Program-made: the position numbers and the translations under genes
Source: Amphiscolops sp. MND2022
Taxonomy: Eukaryota
DNA: 64,000 nt
Reading direction: 5' to 3'
Assembly: GCA_964187785.1 (NCBI GenBank)
Contig: OZ076411.1
Coordinates: 23,560,001-23,624,000 of the forward strand
The notes under the pieces: generated by a model
Database searches by the model: none
The model's input: the letters and a program-made list of their open reading frames with translations, nothing else
What the model was told of the DNA's origin: nothing
Shown here: in pieces, positions 25,147 to 37,941 of the stretch
How the letters are laid out: the number at the start of each line of letters is the position of its first letter
Numbering within the stretch: position 1 is the first letter of the stretch

Positions 25147-28100
25147 CTGGAAGGAAGTGTACAAATTAGACTACTGTGGTAGCACGTTGATTGACGTTGC
25201 GTCTACAAAGACTGGTCGGTCAATTTGTTAGTGTGCGGGGGATGAATTGACGAAAAAATTACTTTTGTAGATTCTAGCAAAATGAGAAAAGCCGAAAACG
25301 CGGTGGAGGGGACAAGAAATCAATAAGATTTAAAAAGGAAAACAAAAAGAATGAAAAAATTTCGAAAAGGAACAATTCGAGTCGTGGTCGTTTGGGAAGC
25401 ATTCAAGACTCAAATTCGGGGGGGAATGAATGCAAAATTGATGCTCCTATGATGGTGATGAATGGATAGTATTTATGCGTGCATGTGCCACCGCCAACTG
25501 CAAATAAATGTTCTTTTCTTCAAGTCCTGTTTGTTCAATGCATTTCCAAACAACCACCGCCGTTCATGGAAAATAGTCTTTTGAGCAAGGGACAAGAGAC
25601 GCCGATGTTTGGTAGTGCACAACCGGCAAACAATCGAAGGAAATAACAAGTAAATGACACAAGCGCATAATCAATTCCACGTCACAAATTTAGAAAAAGC
25701 AGAGGTGATGAAACGAGAAATGATGAAAGGCAAAGCAGACAATGCTCTTATTTATTCCAGCCCATAGCTTTTTTCATCCGAGTTAGGAGTAAGTTGCTGG
25801 GAAAAGCTAGCAAACTTGTTCTTGTTCATATTCCCGAATCACGTGACCGAGATAAGACAAAATTTCCAGGAATTAATCCAAGATTGGGAAGCGGGAGGCA
25901 AAGCAGGTAGGACAAGGATTGTTGAATAGCTGGGTAGTTAGTACACGAAGAAGCACAAGATGGCTGGCAGCGGTGATAGTTCCTGCGGCATATAACTGGC
26001 TATGTGGGGGATTAGTTGTAATAAAAAAGCGAAGAAGAAAAAGAAGGTAGACTAAAAGCAGACTGCAACGAAAAGAATGATAGTGGTATAGTTGTAGAGG
26101 TAGTTAAGATACAATAATAACAACTGGGCTGAGGCTACAGACTGAGAGCAGCAGTTATGGTAGTCGTGGACTTTTACTCCTCTCCTCTCGCAGTAGATGG
26201 AGCTGCAGTAAATGTTCAGTTGAAGCATGTGCCCCGCAGGCAACTAACGCAAGCGGAAACAGAGAGGGAGTTGCGGTAAATTGCAGCCACGGAAAGACCA
26301 AGGTAGGGGTGGGTTGGAGGAAGGAAGGAATCTACGTATTGCAAGAGACAAACCTAACAGAGGAGCCACTTCAAGTTCAATTCACTCCTCAAAGAGCCAT
26401 TAGCAAGCATTTATCTGCTGTCAATCCAGCGCCAATGAACATTACGCTCACTCTTCACACAAGTGAGACACGCAAATCAAAATTGACCTCAACCTTCCGG
26501 CTTGAGTCAAATTCCACTTTGACAAAACGGAAGTCTTCATTTATATGAAAGTTTGGATCCGACTCATCAGCTATGCATCCGATGGAAAATAATGAAACAG
26601 CAGTGACTCTCTCTTTCTCTCTTGAGAGCAGTTTTTGAGAACCCTCGATGAATCAACAAATCGCTTTTTCATTTTAAACATAGGACCAATTAACACATTC
26701 ATTGGCAAATCTTGTTAGCGGGGCTAAAATTCAATCTCCCGTATTAGACAATTGGTCCCTTAGGGGCTTATTAAAACTTCTGCAGTATGTTCATCTACCA
26801 TTTCCACATAAGCTTTTGGGACAAGATCAGTTTATTAAAAGAAAAACTTTCAATTCCAAACAAATTTCTGATTTTCAATTTTGTTTCAGGACTACTACTT
26901 CCTCGAAAAAAAAATTATTCTCAATGATGAAAATCGAAACAGACAAAACCAACTATTTAACAGGTCTCCAGGTCTCAATGGCTCAAATTTGTACTTCGGA
27001 CGATAATTAACGAAAAAAAAAACGTAACAACACAAATCTGCCAATCACATTTTAACTACTGTTTCTATTTAGATAACCCCGAGAAAGATAACGATATGGG
27101 AAAGGATCGTTTGGTAATCGATAATACCATATTCGGACCTCATATAGACAAAAGCACCTCAGGCAAAGGTTCGCCCCAGTCTAAAGCGAAAATTTCAAAC
27201 AGTCAAAAGCACCCCAAACAAAACAGTCTTGATAATATTTGAGCTGCTATTTTGTCGCACCTAATTCACCTGAATTGCACATTAATAAAGTAGCTTGAAC
27301 CTTGCTTCAAAATACCAAAAGTATTTCACATCAACGGAGAACAAGTCACCCTGTCTATTGAGTAGACACGTTTCAGTAACATGCTGAATTAATTGTCATG
27401 AAAGTCATTACAATTACAAGCCAAATGGAAATCGCTGTGTTTAAAGGCAACAAAAAAACCAAGACCTTAAAACTTACTGCGGGTATTCAAACCGAAAAAC
27501 AATAGACCTCAAAAATGGAAGGGAGTCGTTAAGGTGCCTGATGAAAAATCGCCGAGGTCAAATTAACGTTGACAATGAAAATAAGTGTAGCGGTGTGTTG
27601 TCATTTGCCACAAGCCGGAAAATGACATTTTCCCCACAGAACTAAAGACAAGGGCAGCATTAACAGTAAGCTCATCGAACTGTTACTGTCGAGTCAGGAC
27701 CAGCTCTTTCAAAACAAAGCTACTTTTCAACCGGGTCTGTTTGATTCTGGCGAGGATGATTCTGAACGGATTTTGAAAAATCCTTAGCTACCGTTTTGGA
27801 TTCAGAACGCCTCAAGCCGACCACCGGGCTTTAGAGTATTCTTTTTAAAAAATCTTAAAATCACAGATGGACTATTTGGGTTCAAAAAAATATTTTCCTG
27901 CCTGAAAAAACAAAAGGGAAAACCTTCGTTAAAATGAAAAAAAAATCGGAAAAAGTCGCAGTGCCAAAAAACCCCGAGGAGGCCGGCCCGGCCCTTTGGC
28001 TGTTTTTGATCGTGGGTTAAAAAGTGGACCACAGCGACTGTCGTCTGCAGAAAAATTGTTCCAAGAAGATAGTGTAAATAAAGTACTATCTTCTTGAAAC

Positions 28101-29024
28101 GATTTTCATTATAAATAAGAAGATTGCTAAAACCAATAATTATGCTAGTCTAATAACCGTTCTAGTCACGTTTAGATTCGAACCAAAAACTCAAAAATAT
28201 ACTTTCATATTTTGAATTTGCTCAGATTAAATTCACACTACTTAAAGTTCTGCACAATCAGTTTTATAGATTATTCTGCTGATCACGGAACTTTGCAGAC
28301 CCATAAACCAAGAATGATCAACATTACAAGCCTTAAACTGTCACCAACAAAATGTTCAGTAAAGGGAAGCAAGATAAAGTCGGCCGTTCCAATCCAAACA
28401 TATCCATAAAGCTAAGAAACAATCAACCCAATTTGCCGTAGGATCTGTCAGGAGGAAGCTAGCCCATTAGCAAAACTTGTGCTTATGAATGAATTCAAGA
28501 CTGGAGTGGAATTTAGAATAAGCTCAAATGAAGATATGAACTCCAATTACAGAGAAACAGTCTAGCTTCATTTCCATAGAATGTGAAGAGGGATTTGATT
28601 GAATGGCATCAAATTTGAATGAATTTAATTTGTTGTTGCGGACATGTGGTTCTTCAATTTCTAAACACGATGGGAACCCAGTAATTTTACCTTATATTTG
28701 CGAGTTTCGCTCTAAAATGCAAATACAGAGCTCTACGTTGCGACCAAAAGAGTATCAGATTATGAACGAAGAACTTAAATACTTCATTATTACAGGTAAA
28801 ACCAAAATATTTGGTTATCGGATTCTGATGAAAAATTCCGAAAATTCAAGCATTTTTGACACCGGTCCGATCAAAACGAAGCCCATTGATAAAAAGAGGA
28901 CTTACTATGCAATTCTATAGGATAGTTTTTACTCAGTTGTCATCGGAGACTTCACAAGAATAACTATATTGTGACTATTTGGTCAGTGTCAATGTATTAA
29001 AAATGTGCATGATTCAGAACTAAC

Positions 29025-29154
29025 CGTCTTCTTGTGAAATGGAATCTTTTCGATAAGAGGCGCTTCCGCATTCGTCGCCTTCTGCACCGGCAGCATGTTC
29101 GTCGTCTCCATTAGCTCCAGATCTTTCTGTTTCAACAGAAGCTCTGTTTCCGTT
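29025..29154 (-). CDS. trio: trio linker exon (NGNRASVETERSGANGDDEH...ISQED); not in the ORF track
   Basis: GC-richer island, gttttag/gttagt. Phase 0 to 1 exactly bridges 36987 (or 32726) and 7286. Confidence 0.72.
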
Positions 29155-29968
29155 CTAAAACATCAATCCTATCATTGCATTTCACAGCGTTCCGATGAAG
29201 GTATGTTAATTTCCATTTCAAACAAGAACAACAAACATTAAGGTGTTTTGAGTTTCGGTAAAGGAAATAATGTATGTTCTAAAAACTTCGCTTGAAAGGT
29301 TTGTTTTACTTTGAATGCGACTGAACATTTCACAACGTCAAAACATACTCAAGGGTTTTGTTACTTTGAAGGAGAAATGAACAACCTCTGCTTCAAATCG
29401 AATATTAGTAAGAAATGGTACGCATTATGTTAAAGAAACTGAGTACTGTAGAATAAGAGATCAAATGGTTAAAAATATTTAAAAGAGCTAGGATTGAAAC
29501 AACAAACCGGAAACCACCTTAGTCAACACACAGCTTTAGGAGCAAAGAGCGCGATTTCTTTTAAATATGCTCACGTGCTGAAGAAAAATCTGATTAACTT
29601 CCCATTACCTAAAAAACTCAGACTGACCTTTTGGTTTTTGAAATTCATGTCGAATTTTACAATATGAAAAAAGGCAAAAAAACAGCAGAAACATTAAGAA
29701 TGATTTTTTTCATAATGCCCGAAAATCACATCTTGCATCGATACAGGTTTGCCAGCACATATAAGAACGAAATTTAGTTGAGAATCGAAAAAAATCATGG
29801 CTCGAAAACCATAATTTTAGTCTGTGTCGAAAAGAGTTATCATCGAATGTGTTTTATACGAACATATAAAGCAAGGAGCGATGCATCAGACCACGATACA
29901 GAAGCAAAACGCTTCCGCACACGACATACAGAGGGAAATGTTTGTTCGGCAATTCATTGCTTTCCAAA

Positions 29969-30626
29969 ACAAACCGGGAACAGCCCAAGTCGGCGCCCCG
30001 CTGAAGGTTCAAAACGAGCAAAGTGTTTTGCATATGCGAAGGGACTTTTTTGTGAAAAATTCATCAACCTTTCCGCGCCGAATATTACCAGAAAGGACAC
30101 CTCTACGATTCGAAAACCACTTTGACTAAAAAGTTTCCAGAAAAAAAATCACACAGAGTCGAAAAAAACCGTATGACTCTCCCTATCATTAAGAAACTCA
30201 TTCTATCCACAGGATCAAAAATTAACAAAGAGGTCACTCTGAAGACTCGGAAAACGTTAAAACGTTTTCCTCAACAGAAATCCTCAAAACTTTTCAAAAA
30301 ATGAGGAAAAAATTTTCCATTTTTTTCATTTTTTACACTTCGATAAGTCGCATAGTGCCGAAAAATCCTAAAGGAAACTTCAGTCTCCCATTTACTTTTC
30401 CAAGCATTAAAAAATTCGTTTGAGTGGGAGACTCAAAACCATATACGCCTACTCCTCAGACTTCAGAAAATCCGGGTTAACCTCCAGACCAAGCGGCAAA
30501 TAGACGTTACTTGGTTACAACTTAGTAGTTGCTTATAGCTATTGAATGGCTTATAGAAATCTGTCAGTTCGCTGGTCTTTAAAAAGTCATTGCTATAGTC
30601 GGTTCTTTTCTAGCGCCGACTAAAAA
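29969..30626 (-). mobile_element. HINE family A copy with degenerate tRNA-like segment
   Basis: Family ends at both sides. A/B-box-like relic at about 30426-30491. Confidence 0.7.
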
Positions 30627-30692
30627 CCACAGCTGGCAAAAAGTAGTTGGCCGAAACAGGATTCCAATACTCTTTTTAGTCGGTGCATTATA

Positions 30693-30866
30693 CAGTTGAA
30701 TCCTCCTAATTAGTATCGGTAAAGACCGAACAAAATAATACGAATAGTGAGAAATACGAATTAATCGGATAATATGACTTTGGTCGTCACGAAATGGGTG
30801 TCTCTGATACCTACGAGTTAAACGAAAACCCGAATTATCCGGATACGAACTAACCGGAGTTGACTG
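30693..30866. mobile_element. Tc1/mariner-type MITE; partial inverted copy near 40945-41030
   Basis: TA flanks, imperfect CAGT..A.TCC TIR (8/11). ATTATCCGGATACGAA core is shared with the 40.9 kb copy. Confidence 0.6.
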
Positions 30867-32725
30867 TATAATGAAATTCGATTAATATATTAATTACTCT
30901 TTGGTGGGTTTTTTTTCAACACGGCTCAATAGACCAAAAACTATCCACTTTGAGTCTAGGATCTGAAGAAGGCCTAATGGGTTTTAAGGGTCCTACTTTC
31001 ATTTTGGCAATTTCATTGGCTTACAAAGGTATCGGTGGTTTTTTCGGTACTGCAAATTTTTCCATTTCAAGTCAACGGCACTCATCAGGTTTTCGAAAAT
31101 ATTGCAATGCTGAAAATTAAGTTTTTTTCCCAAAACAATATGAAGTACATATGTTTTTCAAACCTTGAGAAAACTGGTTCAATTATTCAACCGACAATTG
31201 ATGACTTTCGATTAAGATTCATCATTATTATTAAAGTTTCTTTGACAGCATTCATCAGTTAACAAAACCCTATTGGTGTAGAATGACTGTGCAAAATTTT
31301 ATGAAAATCGTACGGACAGTTTTTGAGAAATTTGAAATTTTAATTGAAAGGTCGAAAGAAAAACGACACGATTGCAATTTTTCCCGACTCCTAAGAAGTG
31401 TCCACTACATACGTTGTAGTACATACACCACCGCATACTTTGTTATCTGACGAAAAAACAAGCCGGAAAAGTCCAAGTCGGAGCCATATTTAAGGTTCAA
31501 AAATAGCAAAAGGACTTCAAAGTGTCAAGTATTCTTTTACAGTACCCTAAGAACCCAAAAGTTGGACTAAATTGGCGCGCTAAAAAGGGGGAACCTTTCA
31601 GATTTTTAACATCCATTTTGTCGCAAAATATCAGAAAATTGAAGGGGAGATCCTTTGGAGAAAAAATTTTTCGAAAAGAGTCTCACAATGCCGGTATTGT
31701 ATGTTATATCCAAACTTTGAAAACGTTATATTTTCTTTGAAGTTTCTTTGGTGGTAAAAACGCTTCAGATATAGAGATATAGTTCAATTTGAAAATTTCA
31801 AACAATTTTGGCCATGAGTGAGACTGGAACCGACAAAATTCAATGAAAAAATTAAACAAGTGTGCCAATTCGTGGGGTCTTTTTCCGAAAGCGACAACTT
31901 AAAACGAGCTGAAAGACCAGTGCATATTGCGAAAATAGTTTGAACAAATCGAGAGAGAACTGAGTCTAAAATGGAAGTCAGGACTTAACTGAGATGATTT
32001 TGTTGAAAGTCAACATTAACAGAATATCAATGTATACTCATGAGATCGCAAGTCACAATAGACTTGAGTAATCTCGGCACGGAAGTTAATGTTGCTTCAC
32101 AAAGATGCCGCCAACCGAAGGGTAGACGGAGATACCGATGAAGCCAAACTACCGGAAGAAAATTCTAACTGCATTTTTGAAAATCAAAAATCGTGTACAT
32201 AACGTGAATGATTGCATTAGAAGAAAAATTTCTGATTTGTTCTCTCATGACAATACACACTTTACAAATGCGTTGTTGAAAGAGGAAACAATATAGCTTC
32301 ACAAAGATACCGCCAACTGATAAGCAGACGGAGATACCAATGAAGCCGACTTATACCGCGAGAGTCAGAGCTTTGACATCACTATGAGCGATTATACTAC
32401 CACGTAGTTATAGCTGAGCAATTCGATAGGATACTTACATCAACAGCAACAAAAACCACCAGTTTCCCTACTTATCAACATCTTGCACAGTGGCCAACGT
32501 ATCACTTGAATTACAGATTTTGAAATTCGAGGTTAGCGAAAAAAATTAGCGATATCTAAACCGTGATAAGAATTTAGTCTTCAGCAGAACAAAGTCAATA
32601 AGCAGGGTAGAAAATAGCGGTTACTTCTGGCTTTAAGGACAACATAGGGAAGGAGTCAGTAGTTTCTCGCTTTTGAATAGCACCATAGGACCTGGCCAAA
32701 AACAATTGCAGTGGAAGGTACTCAC

Positions 32726-33047
32726 TAAAACTTCGCCGCGAACAACTTTGCCAAAGGAAGGTTTGAAGAATGATTTAAGGTTAAACTCTTTAGCAATACT
32801 CAAAGTGATCGAAGGCATAGGACCACTGATGGACTGTCTAGAAGCTCCAGTATGGCCATCATTACCGCAACCACTGCTACCGCTCTCACTTTCGGCGATT
32901 GCGTCTCTCGATGCACCTTGTTCCCTTTGCTTGTTAATCATAGACGCGCTTTTCTTGCGAGATGGCATTTTGAGAAGATTCAGAGCTTGCAGAGAGTAGC
33001 GTCTCTTAGACGAAGGCGCTTTTGCGGTTTCACGTTTCTCCATACTT
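32726..33047 (-). CDS. trio: Probable alternative first coding exon of a short trio isoform (ATG at 33043, MEKRETAK...RGEVL)
   Basis: 106 codons, good start context (AGTATGG), acceptor 4 nt before the ATG, gtgagt donor in phase 0. Out of frame if spliced from 36987. Confidence 0.62.
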
Positions 33048-36000
33048 CTGAATACTAAATTTCGACTGGAAAAAATTTGGTGAAGGAATGTTATAACGAG
33101 TGAACTGATTGATTAAGTAAGTGGACAACTATCCCATAAAATGGGTAACGCCCTCAACCGAAAATGTATAAATAGCAGCGTTTCCTTGAACAGTAAAGCA
33201 CTTCGTAAGCAGTATAAAGCATTTCAGGGTGAAACAAGTTGATAATTTTCCAATTAAATGGTGTGGAAAATGAAAATGTTCTAGAAAACTATCAGAAGGG
33301 AGAAAATTTGGATACATGTTTCTCAATGGGCGTTCCCATTCACGCATGATGTCAAGTAGTTCGCAAATGTAGACTGTAAGTAGATGTAACGGTATTGAAA
33401 ACCAGTTGTGCGGTGATAATCAATATGCGAATTGTGTATTTTAAAGCCCAGAGCAAACAACGTTTGATTTGGTAAATCATTCATTGGAGAAAAACCACCC
33501 ACTATTTGGAAAAAGTGAGCAGCAGTTTAGGCTGGGAGGGTACTCTAAAAGAGCAGAGACCGTCTTGTCCACCTCCGACCGGATACAGTAACAATTTTAA
33601 GCTGTAATCCAATTTACAGCTAAAGTTATCCGTGATCAATAGACAATAAATTGGCAGAATTATGCTAGAAGCGTAATACGTTCCTCTTAATTGAACATGA
33701 AAGAAATGAAGAAATCCAAATTAAATTGCGTGAGGTAAGGGCACGGCTACTTCAACACGAGCCTCTATTAGGAAATTACAAAATGGCAGGATAGAATGAG
33801 GTATAATTAAGAGACATGGCGTTATTCATCTGTAATGATCCATATTCCATTTCGAAAAAAAATGTCAACGAATGAGCGTTTTTCAATTTCAAAAGTATAC
33901 GTGAAAAACTAGGCATTTAGTTTTCAGATTCTTATTAACTTTTGAAAATGCTCAAGTGATAGAAATAGACTAGTTTCCTTTTATCCTACTATCTAATGAA
34001 TTCCAGCATTCAAATGGCGACGCAGTGCCTCAGTGATATTTCAAATCAATGAAGTCAAATTTCGTGCACTTTATGAGTTTTTATTAATTCAGAAAAACCA
34101 TCAGTTGCTTATAAATTCCAATTGTGGGCTGGTTAATATTCATAAAAATTACCCAAGAGAATCATATAATGCGATAGTAAAAGTAGCAAGAGCAAAAACC
34201 ATGCTAATACCACTCGTTGTCTCTTTTCACTTTTTGTTTTTATCAAGGTTAAGATAGGAGAAAGGTAAGAGACATTTACGAAGTCACTGTTGCAGCCATT
34301 AATATTGCCAGAAATTATCCTCGAACTTTTGCTGATAACTTTTTCACCTAATCTAATGACCCTGTAGCAAAAAAGGTAGTCTAAGTTGGTATCGCAGAAT
34401 TCATTTCAACGTGTTTTTGGCATGAATTTAAATTTCTGGTTCACGTAAAAACAGCGGAGCCATTTCACGTTTAATCTTCAAAAGTATTCTTTTCCGAGTA
34501 CCAGTTAAAGACAAAACTGTCTGATGATGAAAACTAAACCTTTTATTTGGAAAAGATATCCACTCATTTCTTAACAGCAACACAACACCTGCAGAAAATT
34601 ATTTTTTAACAGGTGAAAAAACCTTTTTTCGAAATTTGAGAAGAAAATCCAAATCTTTTTGAACCATTCATTTCACGAACTCCTTATAAATGTTGTCACA
34701 TTAGATTCGTTGTCGCAAAGGGAATGGAAAATGAAATGAATTTTAAAGCTTGAAAATTTTTGTTACAATTTGTGCTGACAGAATGGTATTAAGGTTTGAA
34801 AATTAATACAAATAAGTAATGCCAAGGTAAGGTCGAACAAGGTATGGTAAGGTAAGCTGTGCGGTGAAGGTACAGGAAACAAATATGACACAATACCAAG
34901 CAACTTGTGGTTCGTTGGAAGTATGTGGAGATACAAATAATGTAACTCAGTCTGTAAAAAGGTAGAACCGGAACTTGTTGTAGATTAGGTTCTAATCTGA
35001 GCCAGTTGAATCGTGTATTGGGAAATTATGAACATTGAAATTGCACGCCAAATCTAAACAGTACGTCACAACTGATGGGTTCCATGTGATCTCCAAAGGT
35101 AAATCAAACACAACACGAGCACCCGGCGAAGCCAGTTGAGACCAAGCGCATATACTTGAATTGTAAATTCCTGTCTGCTTCAATGGCGGTGGCGGCCGAA
35201 GACGAATCAAGTGTTCATTCCATTCACACCAACCATTTCAATGGCAATAATGTAAAGTTGTCAGGTGGTAAGTTTGTTGAGGAAAAACGCATGAAACTCT
35301 TCAAGTAGAAGCAACGAGATCTGGCGTTTTATTTACCCACAGGCAAGGTGAATGCATTACCATCCAGTTGATGACCACAAGCGCAGAAAAATGAAGTCAC
35401 AAAATCGATAATACACTTAGATTACGACCATCAAGAAAGACCATATAGAATATAATCAGGAATATTCAGTAAACATAGCACTTGTTTGGTTTAGCCATAA
35501 TCGATTCGCCCATATACTAATTACTATCTGGGTTTATACTTCAAGGTGAGATATAACTAGAAGGACCGGTTAGGAAATTCCATATTTCAATTCCGCCAAG
35601 AAAGCAGCCTATGCGATTTTGTTGGTATGACATTGATACAAACTATTACCACCACTACAATCTTAATGGGGCTACATTTACTTCAGAGGAGAGAGACTGG
35701 ATTTCTGTTTCACAGCTACGCCACATTACTCCTCAGTGCCATAAGAGAACATCCATACACCCACTCACCATGGATGTAAATATCAAATTATTATACAGCA
35801 TTCGGCCAGAATAGGAGACAAGGCCAACAAGCACAACATAATTTGCGACACCGCCGGTGTCTAAGAATACGGAAAAGACCCAATGCTTCATTGACTTAAT
35901 TACTAAACGTGATCAAACGAATTTTCCCTAAGAAACAAATTGCGACTGACAGAAAGACAGGATAAGATTTAAAGAATGCTCCTCGATTTTGCAAAGGCCA

Positions 36001-36986
36001 GGAATGATTTCACAGATTGAAGAGATTATGTGCAATATCCGCGAGTTGTGTTCTCAGTACACCGCTCTTGTTTAAAGTTGATTTACAGGTAATTTAACCA
36101 AGGCAACGCAGATGCACGAATCAACAAACCCATTAGAGATATCTCTTCGAGACCTGCCGATCCTTCTGTCACGACAAAAATATCTTGCGCTGGAAAATCC
36201 ATTAAGGGTAAACGAATGTTTTTTAAAGAAAACGTATTTAACATTTATGGCAAAAAAAAACAAAATAGATGCTGCCTTGACAGCCTTGATAGATTCATAG
36301 CCTTGACAGAAGAAACTTGATTTAAAAAAAATATATATGTCCAAATCTATCAATCTGAAGAGTACTACTTCAGCAGAAAAAAATCTGTTTGACTATTTGA
36401 CTTGAGTTTCTAGTCAGGACTGTAAATTGATGTTTCGGACAAGATTCCATCAGTTATGTTATCTACGTGGATGTACTTCAAGACACATCGGAGTGAATTA
36501 TCGACAAGATAAACCTGATACCTGAACAGCTCAGCAAAGATTTATCAAGTTGAATCAATTCTCCAATTATCCATTCCGGATTCAATGAGCCCATTGCCCG
36601 TATGTAGAAAAGCAAAGCTTGATCAATTCAATCAAGAAAATTCAGTGGAATCATAAGGAGAAATTATAAATCAAAAACTACTGAGGATTACAACACAATT
36701 TGAAGATGTTTGAAAATGGCAAAAACTATTGTATTCAGAAACTATGCACTCCAAAAACGTTTCCAATATGCCAGTTGCAACAAAATAACATCGATCAAAA
36801 ATCAACATCAATCTGAGTAAGAGTAGAAAAATTATAGTAAGAAGCAAAAAAGTGCAACAAACAAGAAGTGACTGTTGAAAAAATGTTCTGATCCGTTTTA
36901 GACAAATTCCATACATTTCTTATCGAGATTTGCGATAACATTGTCTTGTTTACAGTTTACATAAAATAGCAGGCGCAAATTCTAAC

Positions 36987-37434
36987 CAGAGTATTATTGG
37001 CTGTGTGGACGTCAAAATTCGGGTCGTCTTTGTCGCCAACTGAAGAGGAAAGGCTTGAGATGGAAACCTTTTCGCAATTTTCACCAGTCGTATTCGCACC
37101 CTGTTGGTGATTAGTTTGTCCAGACGAAGAATTGGCACTGGAGGGTCCTTGCATTGCAGTCGCAACACCAGAAGAATTGGACGCAGGAGCAAATGATGAA
37201 AAGTTAGAAGTATTCATGTAGAAATGGGACGGTGACGAGGGTATGTAGGACTGGGGGTCGGTGAATGCAGCAGCTGAAGTTTTGGGATTAGAAAGACTGG
37301 AGTGAGGGGGAAAACAAGGATTTGAAGAATGAGAGGAAGTGGGCGAAGGTAGACCCACAATTGACGTCAAGTCTACGTACTCGTTCGAGTGCACACTCGG
37401 CTCGCGCTCATCACCAGTGCTTGCCTGTGAGTCT
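36987..37434 (-). CDS. trio: trio exon, Ser/Pro-rich linker (RDSQAST...HTANNTL)
   Basis: Open for 149 codons, tttttcag/gttaga, phase 2 to 0. DSQ and NNTL echo TRIO DSQG and QNTL. Confidence 0.82.
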
Positions 37435-37672
37435 CTGAAAAAACGGTTACGTCATAGAAATCAGTTTAAATATAAACCTTGTTCTTGTTCCAAACAGCGC
37501 ACTGCTATGCATTATCATATCATTAATTACCATACTAATTCAGGAATGGGGAATTGATTTTAATTTTTTACGACATCTATATTTCCATTTTCCATTCCAT
37601 AATGACACACATGTAACAAAGAGTGATAGCACGGAGTGACTGATAAGGCAAAACACTTGGCATGATACTAAC

Positions 37673-37941
37673 CGACTAATTTTAGAATCACGGTTGGATT
37701 GTGACGTCACGGCGTTAGAAGCAGACGATGACGTCACGGAATTCACATCTGAAGAGGAAAGAGTGGAGCTGTTGTTGGTATTTCCTCTGAGATGCGATAA
37801 GGGTGGAACAGATCCCGCCTGAATGTTGTTTGCTCTTCTCGTTCCAGCGGCCATGTCCAGATTCTTTTGCAAATACAACTCCGGTCTCTTGGCACTTCGC
37901 AGAGCAACCAACCAGTCATTCTTACACTCTTCACTAGGCGC
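37673..37941 (-). CDS. trio: trio exon, end of PH1 (APSEECKNDWLVALR) plus Ser-rich linker
   Basis: Aligns to TRIO ASSIENKQDWIKHIR. ttttcag/gttagt, phase 0 to 2. Confidence 0.88.

Noticed and set aside
32673-33058. Plus-strand ORFs at 32673-32999 and 32852-33058
   Set aside because: They are antisense to the better supported minus-strand exon that has a start codon and splice signals.
34992-35210. RLRPPPPLKQ ORF as the TRIO PLPPPM linker
   Set aside because: It is in the wrong position relative to KWLTSPVR and has no usable acceptor in frame.
36500-36610. Minus-strand NPEWIIGELI as part of the missing SH3
   Set aside because: A stop lies just upstream in frame, and there is no ALYDF/EL-type N-terminal half or GxVP motif.
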